DNA of 64,000 bases from Ramazzottius varieornatus (taxonomy: Eukaryota > Animalia > Tardigrada), in NCBI GenBank assembly GCA_001949185.1, contig BDGG01000011.1:202123-266122 (forward strand). The letters are read 5' to 3'. A program made the translations under genes and the position numbers. Below, piece by piece: positions 46,969 through 60,400 of the stretch. Each line of letters starts with the position of its first letter. Within the stretch, counting starts at the first letter, position 1. The notes under the pieces are model-generated. The model saw only the letters and a program-made list of their open reading frames with translations. It searched no databases and was not told the origin of the DNA.

Positions 46969-47467
46969 GGGTTTCGGCGGCCGAATTCCGTAACGATCTT
47001 TTTTGCTTCCGAACTACCCTTTTCTGACATCAAGTTGTTGCGAATATCCAAGGCCATTGCGCGGTCAGTTTGCCGTACCTCGCCGTGGCTCGAAGTCTCA
47101 AAAAACTGTTCGCCCTTTTGGCAACATGCTCCAGAAGATTTCAGGGGTGACTAATAGCGCGAACCCCCAGGCCTGGGGGTTCGATGTCGAAACGATTGTA
47201 TGACTGCAGTTTTATACTATGTTGCATCATTATGACGTCAAAACTTTTTCGGTCAGAGATTCGAAACCCCTCTGGATTTTCCTTACGTAGACGTTTGACC
47301 AGTGGTCAGATGGACCAACGGACTTCAGCATCGTGTTCCCCGATGTGTGTTACACAAGATAGCATCATCAGTTCAAGTTTGCCCTTGGGGTTCCAAAACT
47401 TTGAACTCGTTTCGTTTGAACAATTTGCCCACTGATCGATCGTTACGGAATTCGGGTGCCGAAACCC
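46969..47467. mobile_element. MITE with GGG..CCC termini flanked by AT (ISL2EU/Harbinger-like), 499 bp
   Basis: 30-bp TIR GGGTTTCGGCGGCCGAATTCCGTAACGATC versus GGGTTTCGGCACCCGAATTCCGTAACGATC (28/30). ATAT on both flanks. Confidence 0.8.
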
Positions 47468-47603
47468 ATATTTCATTTGGATATCTGATCGGAATACAAA
47501 GTGCATCTGTACCGTAAATAGATGAGTTATCCCCATGTACCGCAGAAGAATTTGTAGAGAAGGAGTATCGGTTTTGCTGATGCATGCATCGATTGTATGA
47601 GGA

Positions 47604-50600
47604 ATGCCAGCCAGTAGCAGGAACGGCGATAACATGCTGTTGGAACAGAACACTTTTGCCAACAATGACGTGCCAAATCCAAAACCTATTTTGGATGATT
47701 TTAGTAAGTGGTTCCCTTACAGTTCACCGACGTAGAGCTATGAAGTCTGTCGTGGTCGATTCGACCGGTTACCGTACGCTGGTTGCACGGGAGTGTGGCG
47801 CACTGAACGGCACAAGATGTTGAGTACAACCTTCCGTATGATATCTGAGCGGCGCAGCGGTAATTCGATCACGTGGTTGTTGATCGGCATTGGTCGATGA
47901 GAATACGCGTGATGATGATGTCATGGTTTGTTTGATCGGAATATCTTTGCATCTTCTTTTAGATGCTCAAGATCTCAACGCGATCCGTTTTTCCGCATAC
48001 CGAACAGCATGCAAGCTCCTGTACATCCAGAAGAAGACCTGCTGTGAGTATACTATATCCATCTTCAAGTGTTTGAAGACTAAACAGTTTAGAGGGGACT
48101 AAACGTGGTTATTAGCACGGCTGGTGTTGAAGTGGTGTCTTGAAGTGGGTACTTGTCCCTCTTGTAGTGCATCTTCTGGACCTTGTCAATATGATTGAGA
48201 TCATCTCGCGCCAGTCCAACCTGGAGTCTCACGATCTCACCGCCGAGATTACCGCTGGTCAACTGCGCGGGATCCTGCATAAAATGTTTACGCAGCTGAA
48301 TCAGCGTGTGCCCGTCAACAGTGGAGTTCGTATCGACCAGTGGACAGAATGGCTCCTGTATTGGCTTCTTGCCGCCTACGATGCGTCCGGCTCGGGTTCT
48401 GTCCGACTCTTTGCCCTCAAAATTGCTTTGGCCCTTCTTTGTTACGGCAAGCTCAAGGATAAACTAACGTGTAAGTAGACGCCGCAATCGATACACTCCT
48501 TAATCGAATTTTGCTCACTATAGAGTGCTATGACGTCACAGGTTTTTCGTGTTCGGCTTTGCTGTGATGTGGTTAAACCGTGGTCCCGCCCACTAACCAA
48601 AATGGCTGGCACGGCCTTGACATTGGGTTTCTTGGTATCCCGTCAGATGGCGCCACCAATTTCATTTAGTGGGGTCTCCGTTTGATTGTTTTATCTTAAA
48701 AATGGACCTGCAAATTTCATATGATCGAGCAATCAGTGATTTAGCAAAACCTATCCCCATGTGGTTTTTTGGAGATGCAGGATCATGTTCAGTTTAGAAG
48801 TGCGATGTGGACTTCAGTGATACGTTCACCGTTGCTGACATTTCGGCAAATGCTTCGGCTGCGCAAGAATTAATCTGTTTGCGTCTTGCAGATATTTTCG
48901 GACTTCTGTGCGGTGAAGAGGGCATTGCCATCCCCCAACTTCTGGACAATTTCCTCCACGTTGTCTTGCAGCTCCCTCGCGCTTGTGGAGAAGGCCCTTC
49001 TTTCGCCTACTCTGCCTCGACTTACGCGGACTGTTTCCCTACACAGCGACCCATCCACTCGGAAGACTTTGTAGATCTCCTTACCGGCGTTGAACCCGGT
49101 CCGCCACCTGTGGTTTGGTTGAACTTAATGCACAGCATTAGTCAAGCTCAATCAGGTAGGTACAAAAGATGAACTTTTGAATCAAAATTCGATTGTTGAC
49201 ATTAACGAAGAGATGGGCGTCCAAAACGTACAAGATCGTCCTTTCAAGTGGCACAGGTTTTCATTGTTACTGGCTGGTAGTGTGCGCCACTTGATATTGT
49301 TCTCTTTTTGTCCAGTGCAACACAACGTCCATTGCAACTCATGCCATAGGAACGGCTTTCAAGGTTTCCGGTACAGGTGTCAGCAATGTCCTAACTACCA
49401 GTCCTGCCAAGACTGCTTCTGGAAGGGTCGGGTCAATGGCCGTCATACCTTGGAGCATGAAATGAAGGAAACTTCCAGCACGCATGTAAGTGAAGCCAAG
49501 ACGGCAGTTGTTTGCTTATTCGGCACATCCTCCTCTTTCACTCCTAGCCTCCAGGAGCTCGCTGTCAGTATCGACATGCTTTTTTGGAGGTCTGTTTAAT
49601 AGTTTGCATCGGGTCGATAAACGACAGATTGCGCTTGACATGCGATGCTAATGTGAATGCGCACAGCTGCTTGTGGTGATTGATGAACAGCCAGTACTTC
49701 CTTTCGTGGAATCGTGCAAGGAATGCACTCGATACGGACTGTTGTGGGTTCGCAGCACAAGGGTTACTTTCGCTGTGGCCCACGAAGAAAAGATCGTATT
49801 GTAATCGTAGCATGGCCGACTAAATTTTTCATGGGTTTTAGCCGAGTTTGTGGAGTTCGATCCAATCGCTTGTACTGTACATCGTACTAAATAGGCGTGC
49901 TATGGAGCTTCAGTCTGTGCATGAGAATGTTTCCGAGGGAGAGTGTTAAAGAGCATCGTTTATCGATTTGCAGAAGTCACCTGCTAGACAGCTGAGCCAT
50001 TCGTTGCGACGCTCCTTCCGCCGCAGTAAGAGTCCTCGTTCGCGTCTGATAGCGGCCAGTGGACAACCTTATTCCCTGAGTGCCACCGCTTCGCCGGAAC
50101 CGACTAAAAAAGCTTTACAATCGTATGTTCATTCTTGCTAGATTATTCGCTGAACCCGCTGTTGTGATAACAAAGTGCGTGAACTGCTGTATGACATTGT
50201 GTTCTGCTTGAAAGGATTTCCGGAATGTTGCCCCTGTACAACGGAACTTATTCCAATCGCAGCCCTTCCGATTACAACCATGGAACTTATGGAACACTTG
50301 GCCGACAACAACGGTACCGTTTACTATCTCATCTTCTTCATAAGAACTTTGAACATCAAACGAAAGCATGCTTTCAACGCCGTTTTAGGAAACGGCAGTC
50401 TCATTCATAAAAACAATTTCACCGCAAAACAAAACGTATCTTGGAACCGTGTTTTAGAGCTAGTTTTTTGCGTAATCCAGACAGTCCACTCGTAGGTTTA
50501 ATTTCCGTGCAAACCGTCGTTGATGTGTTCTACAGTTGTTTTTGTTGTAAATATTTTTTCTCTGTGGGTGTAGGCGTCCATCGATGATGGACACGCCGGG

Positions 50601-52144
50601 ATCACAAGACGATGAGCATGTCTTGATAGCTCGCTACGCGGCCATGTTACAGAACCAACAAGCCGGTCACACGGGCCATAATGGCCTTCCACCAGCATCT
50701 CATCAGAACGGCACATCATCTCGACGTCTGCCCCAAATACCCCCACAGCACAACACACAAGTCAACATGGACCACATTCCCACGAGCTTTCCCAATCCCC
50801 TGCCTCCGCCACCATACTCGCAGCCGCCACAAGCCCTCAGCTCCAGCACACAGAATGTCATGATGCAGCAGTCACAGGACGGCGGCAGTAAAGAACAGAT
50901 TATCGCCGAACTGGAAGCCCGTAATAGGTTCGTCTTCCATCCTCCGAATTAAAGCAGTGAATCTTAGATTAGTGTCTAATTTGATTCCAAGCTGAGATAA
51001 TCAGTGCTGACTGGTTTCTAACCAATAACTTGGCTTCATCGTACTTCGAAAGAGTAAAATTTTGGAGTTTCAACCCAAAAAATATTTCTCTCTTCTTAGT
51101 TTTGAAACGTATCGAGCTTTTTATGATTGCAGCATATTTAATTTTTTTTTGATTTTTTTCAGGGAGATATTGCGGGAGATAGCGCGAATGCGCCGGGAGC
51201 AAATGACCAACTCGCAAATTCTGCACAGTAGTAGCCGTCCGATGTCTTCCTCCGTCAACCTTCTCAACGAACTGAAGGCCCTCCGACTACGTAAAGACGA
51301 GCTGGAATCGCACATGATCCATCTACGTGACAATCGTAAACATTTGATGGACGTGAGTAACCGACTTTGCTCCTTTTCGCGTAAAGAACGTGCTTCTGCC
51401 CACATCCACTCGATATCGAACTAACAAAAGTTTACATGGGTAACTGTGGTTACTCCAGAGCTCAGTCAATAAATTCCTGTACATTTTTAGCAACTGGAGA
51501 TATGGATGAAGCGTCTGAAAGTATCGCATTCCTCGCGTTCCCCACCGACGAGTTTAGCTAGCCCGCGCTCGCAGTCGGCCAGCGGTCGTAAATACTCGAC
51601 ACTCCCGCGGATGGGCCATCGGAGTCCCACGCCACAGCTGACGCTGGCGGAGAGGAGTCAGCACGGCGGAAGCCAGAACTGGCAAGCTGATTTGCTGTCG
51701 GCAGCCGATTCGGTGACCAATGCCATGAAATCCCTCGTTCGAGAACTTAACTCTGGTACGTGCTATCATCTTTTCCATGGATAAGAAATATCGTAGGAAA
51801 TTGTCGTCGGGTGGAACCATTCGTCGTTGAATGACGGCCAGAACAGTTGAGCCATCGGGAAGCTGGAAAAGGAATGTTAGCTGCGGGCCATTGTAACTCA
51901 AATGCTTTTCGAACTGATGGGTTCCTTCCTTGTAGAAGACGACAGCGAGTTCGCCACGGCCATGACGATGCACGGTAACGGCGCTGCGCTAGGTGGCGGT
52001 ACTGGTGGCCGGAAGAGTGTCAAACTGTACACAGTACCTACAGTCTATCCCAGCGACGACGAAGTTTACAACAACTCCCCTTCAGCTTCTCATTATTACA
52101 ATTCTGATACTTCAAATACTCAGTTCAATAGTTTACCCAGGTAA
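47604..52144 (+). CDS. Dyb: Dystrobrevin; exons 47604-47703, 47963-48043, 48168-48470, 48892-49155, 49316-49485, 49974-50122, (50215-50313), 50574-50927, 51163-51352, 51491-51755, 51936-52144
   Basis: AQDLNAIRFSAYRTACKL, EF-hand-like region WLLAAYD, GEGPSF, ZZ finger CNSC..GFRYRCQQCPNYQSCQDCFWKG..H..H, DDEHVLIARYA, coiled coils IAELEARNREILREIARMR and ELKALRLRKDELE, and DLLSAADSVTNAMKSLVRELNS. All phases are compatible. Confidence 0.95.
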
Positions 52145-52486
52145 CTTGCGATTGCACTTCCTGTAAACTATCTATTTCTGTTCTGTTTTTCATCTTAGTT
52201 TGGTTGCTTGATTTTCGGGTTTAAGTCGTGGACGTAATTTATGCCAAAGTGTCGGGATTCGTCCGGGTGTACTGTATTTTATATTTTGAGTCAGCCAAGA
52301 ATACTTTGGCAGAATAAAGTATTCGTGATCGATCTGTGTGTGCGGTCTATCTGACAAATAAATTATTTTCTTCGGAGAAGAAAGAGCGGGTCTAACGAAA
52401 GGCATCGTGCAGATTGCAGAACAATACCTGTCCTCACAAACTGGGGAAAGCAATAGATTAATCACAAGGTTCGAGATAATATCGTA

Positions 52487-54448
52487 TCAACCGCAAGATT
52501 TCGGGATGGTCAACAGTCGCTGCACGTCTTCCCTGTCCACCGGTCCACGCAGCGGGGCATGGCTCAGGTCCGCTGTCATGATAATCTTTCTGTTTATCTC
52601 GTTGATGCCAGAGAACTGTGAGACGAGCTGCAATACAGATTTGCTTTTCAGTCCGAAGTTCTTTTGGAAGCTTGTAGCCTGCTTCGCAAGACTTTGAAGA
52701 ACGCGACAGAATATTCTCTATCGAAAACATTTCGGGAAAATTCCGTGTTTTCCCGTCAACTTGATACGGATGGCCGGAAAACCAGTCGTTCTCGCACGTC
52801 TTGTTGGATAATCAAATTGCAAACTCACCTGACGCAATTTTTCAGCCACGTTAGGTCGGTGAGCGCTGGCACTTTCAAGCGACCTCAGCAGAGTTTCCAG
52901 ATAATGGGCGAGAAGGAAATCGATATAAGGACGGTTTGCCAGTAAATCTGACTGGTCTGCTGGAAAACAGTGCGATAACAAAGGAAATCAATGCCGGATT
53001 GATGGAATACTTGGTGTCGACGTGAAGGTACATCGACCGCGGTTTTTACCTGTCTTTAGCAAGCCCACAGCCAGCAAGGCAAAGCGCTCCGTTAACGTCA
53101 GCTGCAGACTGTTGATTTCCGATGTGAAATGAAAGAGGAATTCCAGGAACTTGTCGGATACATTCGTAGCCGTGATATCCATCCAGTAACGGCAGTAGTG
53201 GAGGTCGTGCGGACCGATCGGATGGTAGATTTCCTTGTCGCGATAACACTTTGAGTTCATTATCTGCAAATCTTAGTTATTTTCGGCTTTCAAAACACAT
53301 CAATGAAACATACAGGAGAAAAGTCTGACGTACCCAAAATGAGATTAGCCATCGGTCCTTGATGAGATACGACTGGTCTCCTACGTTCATCTCTGCGAAG
53401 CCCGCAAGGCCCAACGCAAAGCGCGCCACCTTATCTCCGAAGTAAGAGACCATTTCTTGGATGTAGACCAGCATTTGCTCCAGTGATGTCTGCGGTTGAT
53501 ACTGTAAACGAACCAGAGAGATCCCATCTGGTTACGAAAAAGCGAGTTGCGTGGTTTCTTCAGGCTTACCGGGACGTTTCCCAGTTCATAGGTTTCCTTA
53601 ACGAAGTTTTCGTACCGGATGTAATGCTCCAAAAAGACATCGACGCCGATTTGATGGACGGAATTTAAACTATCCTCCAACACGGTATTCTTCGCCTTGA
53701 GCAGGCCCCAATAACGGTGCACGGCCGAAGGTCGACGGGTTACCACGCTCGAAGGATGAGGGCTGTTCTCCGACATGCCCGTCCCAGCCGATGGCGACAC
53801 AGGGTTCTCCAAGTACTGCGCTGCCAGATCTTGCAAAAACCCTGCCCAGCTCTCGTGAATGACAACGGGCAGTGCCGCATCTTCCTGGATTTCCTGCGGC
53901 AAGGAACGTGGGGGCGAGACAGGCAAGACGGCCACCTCGGAGCATGGGGCAATGTACGAGAGATCGCTGCTGCTTGTGCGACTGTGTCCAGAGTCCGCTG
54001 TGGGAAATTCAACACCCGGAAAGAAGTTACCACTCGTCTGGGAGGCTTCAGAAGGGGTGGAAGGTTGGTCGACGAATAACGGGTGGTGAAAATTCCCTGA
54101 GTTTCCTGATCCTAAAAACGGCAGCAGCGACCAAACCTTTATCCATCAATTAATACTTTTTTCGTGCTACGAGGGCGAAGTTGTAAAGTTAGCCGGCCGG
54201 CGGTGCCCCGATTGATCAACAGCGTACAAAAAAGCGACAAAATGGCCTGAAAAGTGACTGGTTTCAGGCCAGATATTCACCACCACCGCAGAATGCAGCT
54301 AGATGGTTCCAGGCCTGACGCAGGCCTGATCATGAAACATTTTTCAGCTATTTTCTGGTTGGAAAAACCTGAAGACTTTCACAGATCTGTTGAAAGTCAG
54401 TGGGCACTCATGTACACGCAGCTGAGACAAGGAGAGGCTTAAGACGGA

Positions 54449-54482
<34 letters not shown>

Positions 54483-57400
54483 ACGAGAGTACTCGGGAAG
54501 AATGGTCTGCACAAAGAACAAAGTGATAACTCTCAACTAGCTAGTGGTTCTGACCACTGGGAAGGCCGAGCAGAAGCAAAGAAGCACAAGTCTTGCGAGC
54601 AAAAACTTTTGCTACTCGTATCAAGTTGCGCACTTGTTTTCAGTACAGAGGTTGCGATATCTGAAAGCCCGAAGAATCTGATCGTCCATTAAAATCTCGA
54701 CAGACTTAAAAGGGCCTCGCTTTGCTCTGCCTGATAATTGACCAAACGCAACACGGGCATTCACCACCCACCGTGATCGACAGTGGCCAAGTCATTCGTC
54801 CAAATATCCTCTCGCGGTCTCGGGGTTCCGGCTTGCAGCATAAATTTTCTACTTAAGTTAGAGCAAACCAAAAATTCCGAAAGATGAGTTCGACCAGCGA
54901 ATGAGACTAACTGAGGCAGGAGTCTCGAATTTTGAGGATTCAAGCCATTATTATAGCGGTGCCGAACACAACGAAATTCGAAAGGCAGAAAAACGAAAAA
55001 ACTCATCGAAGTTGGCCTATGCGACCAACGTGCACTATGCAGCGTAATCCGTAGGCCTCGTGCCTATGCCGTATCGACAGCATAGACTCGTGATAGGGGC
55101 TGTTGTGTATTTGCTCTTTGGCCAGACGCGCACAACGATCGAGCTCGCTTGCGCAAATGCATCGGTACACTCGGAGGTTGATCAGCTTACCACCAGAAAT
55201 TCCACTTCTGGACGATTTCTTACTAGAAACTAGCCGAAGAAATTTTAATTGTCTAGGAGGATAGCGTTTATGCCACTTCTCACTTTATTCCGGCCTGCGT
55301 CACAACTTCCAAGCAGCTTCAGGACCTGGATTATCAATGGGGGCCGGAGTACTGTAATGCTTTATGAACTTCGCGAAGGATGTTATAGTGCGCTGTAGGG
55401 TTTACGGGTATGATGACGCATACAGCACACGCTTGCAATGACGTCATTCGCGACGTTCATGAAGTATTACAGTACGTGAAGTTAGCCACCGAATAATAGG
55501 AGTAGGCCATAAAAAGCCCTACGGTACATAAGATGCGACTAAGTTTACAACCTCAGCCTACGCCGGCCAACTATACAACTTTTCCCTCGTAGTGCTTTTT
55601 TTCATCGGAGAGTATTTTTTGCGAGCGTGGCAAACCGACTTGACACGGGGACTTGATCAAAGTGGCGCACTCTTCCGGCCGATACTACTGGGGAGGTGCG
55701 CCACTACATGCTGCACTCTTGTCGGGTCTATTCGCCGAGCTTCCGTTTTCACAAATTTACTACCTCGAGCGGTCGATTTGTGCGGTGCCGGAGAACCACC
55801 TTTGGCTTGGGAATGGGGCGAACTTCGTCTTTCGGCCTCGTTTATCGTAGGAGTATGGTGTCGCGTGCATTCTACGCTCGAGGCCGTTATGCTAGGGGTA
55901 TCAGGTAACGATGGTCGCGGGGGAGATGTGGACTCTGTGGATTCACTCGAAAACAGCGTTGTCAACTTCGGAGTGCGGCCAAGACGGATAGCTATGATAA
56001 CAATTATTGATTTAGTCTTGATGCAAGCATAGGAAATACTAAAGACTTCCACTTCAAGGTACTGGTACCTTCTAAACTCATCCCTTCATGCAGACATTTC
56101 TGAAACCGGCAGGCCTTGCACCGGTGTCGCGTCTGTACATTCATGATGCAGTTTCCTCCAAAGTAACATTTGTACTGAGTATGTTTACCCAGGTAGCGTT
56201 TGAAGAAGACCTGTAGTACAAGGTGTTATTGTGAAGAACTGACAGCGTAATCGCTCAAAGCTTTCTCACGTAACAGCATGACGCAAGTCTGTTACTGCTT
56301 GTTTTTATTAATGATCTCTTTAATTGGAAACAGGACAGTGCGCGCTGTACTCTTTCCCTGCTCCATCACATAATTTCAAAACATGTCAATAAGCAGGCCT
56401 CAAACAGAACACTGACACCTTTTTCTTTCTAACAATGCATACAGAAAAACTGAACGAAGTATTTCGTCTTTTCCTTATCGAAATGTTGGTTTTGACTTCA
56501 TGATAAACGTACCTTGCAGCCTTCGCATGTGGTAACGCCGTAGTGCAATCCGGTCGCCTTCGCTTCACAAATACGACAAGCTTTGGGGTTCGACATCGAG
56601 ATATGGATAAGAGTGACTTTTCCACTGAAGAACCCACACTCTTGATAAAAAAAAAAGCTGAAAGAATCGGATTTCAATCATTTCCCGGTGGGTTTTTTCT
56701 GTGGTTCATAGTACACGGAGTCGAATCGGCAGTCTGATAGAAGGGTGGGAAAAACTATCATATGTCCTTCCTCCGGTTGAGGAAGTTAAGAAAGTCTTGA
56801 ACGGCTTTTCTCAATTGTAAACAAAGCGGCCTCAGTGAGGAAATCGCAGTGAAAGGCCGAGGTACGTTTAAGCATCACGCCACTCAAATCTACACACCAA
56901 CCTTGAGCCGTGCAGCGTATGTGAAAATCGAACATAGTACGATGCTGACGTTGCCGTTCTTTCCGTTACGCTGCCGCTGCGGCACAAAGATAGCAAGACT
57001 CAGCAGCCGAGCACTCAGCACTGTTCAAAGGTTAAAACATTTCCGTGTACTTCAATAACATCGCTTCCGATCAAGTTCCATTTCAAACACCGCAGTCTAG
57101 ACTTAAATTCAAGTTTAGATAGAGCTGTAACGGAAAACTGCAAGCCTGTCCGCCATCGTTTTAGTATAGTTTATTGATTATCGTTATTTGCAACCAAGAA
57201 TTCCTTCTCAGGCAATGACACTTGAATAAAGAACCAGACAAAGCAGAATAACGAGCAACAACAGCACAAAAAAGAAGGTGGCGAATGTCAAAATCTTTGC
57301 AGCACAGATATACTGATCGCGACAAAAAAGAACGGGAAAAAACCCGAAAACCTATATTTGAGCTTGGTTATTTCGGGTCCTTCCTATGCCGAGGTTCGCC

Positions 57401-60400
57401 ACCTACAAACTAATAGGTATTGAGTTCGTCGCGTTTAGCTTATGGTCTACGGCATCATTGCTGGTTGTGATGGCCTTTGTGACATGTGTGCATGCAATGT
57501 CCTCGGTACCGAAAAAAGCTTCGCCGGAGGCACGTAAGCAAAACTGTAGCTTCCATTCGGGTCGTTTATTCTAACTCATCTTTAAAATATCAGGCGGAAG
57601 ATTATGTTTCTATTGTTGCCAGAAAACTAACAATAAGTGATAAACGTCGATATCGCTGTTGGTAAAATCAATTGAGCCAATCGTTTGGGCGCACTGTGCG
57701 AGGTACTGACATAAATAGTGCGTCACTTGGAAAGACGATCTGATTCTCTCGATCTGCTCGCGTCTGGAGTTACCAGAAACCCGATCACTAGTTCGCCATT
57801 CCTAAAGAAGAGTGAAACTGGAGCGCAGTCCTACGTAAGCAAAAGCTGCAGGCTCGGAGAGAAACACCACGTTCTTAAATATTCACCGGGTCGGTACATC
57901 GTTCTCAACGTAGAGACCCGGTGGCTATCTCCATGGCCGAAGGCTGTTTCCGACCCCGGCCACCTTGTACACTGCGCCTTGTATTCATCTGTTGACATCC
58001 ACCTATACTGGAAAAACAATAACTATTTCGTACTGAGCCGACTCTGATGCTTCGAACGTCTTTGTGAAGGCTGATGTTTGGTCATTATTACGACGTGACT
58101 CCTGTGCGCTCCAATCAACAAACCAACTGACTACAACGGCCTGACAAACCTTGGTCGCGTCCTAGTGCTGCGGAAGCCAGCCATATGTTGAGAGGACGTG
58201 CTTGTCAACGAACTTTAGAGTCAACATCGGGCATTTCAACTACAGCCTGAGGGGGCCAAGTGACTACCATCTATATAGTTAGGACGATCTTGGCCGAGTT
58301 GTTGCTCGACTTCGAAACTATTTTTTCTTGGTTCACAATCCTCTTTACACCCCTTGAAAAATTATATGCCAGGAATACGTTCAGAGGAAGCCAGAATCGA
58401 CAGAAAACTAGTGAACATCCAAAGAGAAAGATCAACCAACTTTTGCAGTTTCTAGGGCCGTGTTCCAAAATTTGTTTTTTGCGTTGAGGTCCCGCGGTAA
58501 GTTTGTTCAGCGTAATTAGAGCAGCAATTGGGCTATAGGGAAAGTGGTCGACAGAAGGGAGTTGCCGCTCAAGACAAGGGCGATGATTTTTACCGCAGAA
58601 GCAGTTTCCCCGGCAAGATGGTTAAATTTGACAGTATTATTTCACTTTCCAATTCAGCCTGCCATTTCTGCAATACTTTCAAGTTTCTGATGACATTGTG
58701 GAAAGCATACGGTGAGATCAAATGGAAGCTTGGTACTGGGACCCAGAATTTTAGAAATAACGTTTCGGTCAGGAAGAGAGGTCTTGTCCATCGGAAGTCG
58801 TACTGGCCACGTTTTCCGAACTATCTCTCAACCGACGTGAATGCGCTACATCCCAATGAAAACTCCTTGAAAAGCTATATGAAAAGTGTGAAGGACTGGG
58901 CGAAAAAGGCATAAAATGATTTTTTTAAAGCGCTTTGCACAAGTGGTAGTCACTTGGCCCTTTGAGGCTGTAACTCATGTAAAACTTTCATGAATTTTCG
59001 CGTATGGGCCGACGTGGGCGTTTCGCCGCGCAACATACACTGCATCTTGCCAAACTAATGACATCTTACGTTTCGGCTGACCGAACGATTCAGAACACAA
59101 AGCACGGTTGATTTTGTTGAAAGGGCCGCCATTTGAACATAACTTGACAGCAAGGATGTCAAAGACAAGGTGAGAATATTCAGCATCGAAAATAACTGGG
59201 AATATTTCCTGGTTGACATGATAGCGAAACGTTTTCTACAGAGCTCTAAAACCGTCTCCTGTGGGTCTGTTGGAAAGTCAGAAGTTGACTCTACGGTACG
59301 TAGGTAACATTGTCTTGCTTGCGGATGGTTGCAACTGGCGTCCAAGGAGCCGAAAACAAGTTTATTTTGGGAGTTCCTCGGGCCGGAGTTGCTAATTGAT
59401 TTGTTGATTGAAACGCATGAAATTCAAGTGGTCGCAAATACAGAACATTAGCTTCCACAAAGACGTTTGAAGTATCAAAATCGGATCCGTAGGAAGGAAG
59501 TTATGACTGTTTTAGTGAAGGTAGGGGTGGAGAGATAAACACCGTATGAGGCGCAGCTGTACTGTATGTATTAGGCTTGTATGGTTCTTTCAACCGGAAG
59601 GGTTTCCCGCCACTGTAGTCCTCCTTTTCTCATTCAAATTGGATTCTCCCGGTTGAAACTTCCAAATGGCAACGCACTGTTCAAAAGCATTTGTCGCCTC
59701 GCTGCCGAGGATACTTTATTAATTCCTACTGTAGCGTCTCCTATCTAGCTCAAGCAGTGACTGCTTCTAGCCTTCGTGCAAAGGTTGGCCATGCGGCTGT
59801 AATCGTCGGTGTCCCGACCTGTTATCCTTTGCAGCGCGAAACTATTGAAGCGTTTACCGTTATATGATCATGCACCCGTGCGGTGAGGGGGGTTCTTTCA
59901 CCTAGGCTATTAGCGCTACCGCATTACCGGCACCTAATTGTCACTCGCATTCGAATATACCGTGCACTCATTACCTTTAGGCTAGACGATATATCGATAC
60001 AGCATACCTTATCCAACACGCTTACAGTACTAGACTTCAGACCAACAGACCTAGTAGAGCTTACGTGCAGTAGCCTGACAAAGAAACGCTCGTTGTCTGA
60101 TCCTGTAAACCAGTTTTGTTTCACGACAATTAATTCCTGCAAATACACGGAATTTTGTGAGCAGAAGTGCTTGGCCGGTATGAATCTTGTACACGGTGTC
60201 GTATTCTCGCGCTAATCATGTTGAGAAATAGTTTCTCCTGGTATCCAACATCACAATTGGGCCAATAGTTCTGGGAGGGCTTGTTACAATTGCAACGGTT
60301 ATTTTTGTGGCCTCCGAATGAAGAGCTGTGGTCCCTTGGGGAATTTCGAATCGCACATGTACCCTGAGGCCCTCACAATTATTTCCCTTCTTCTTTTATC

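Noticed and set aside
58528-58914. 128-aa ORF inside the Tc1-type MITE as a transposase remnant
   Set aside because: Only vague resemblance to SPDLNPIE; no DDE motifs are recognisable.
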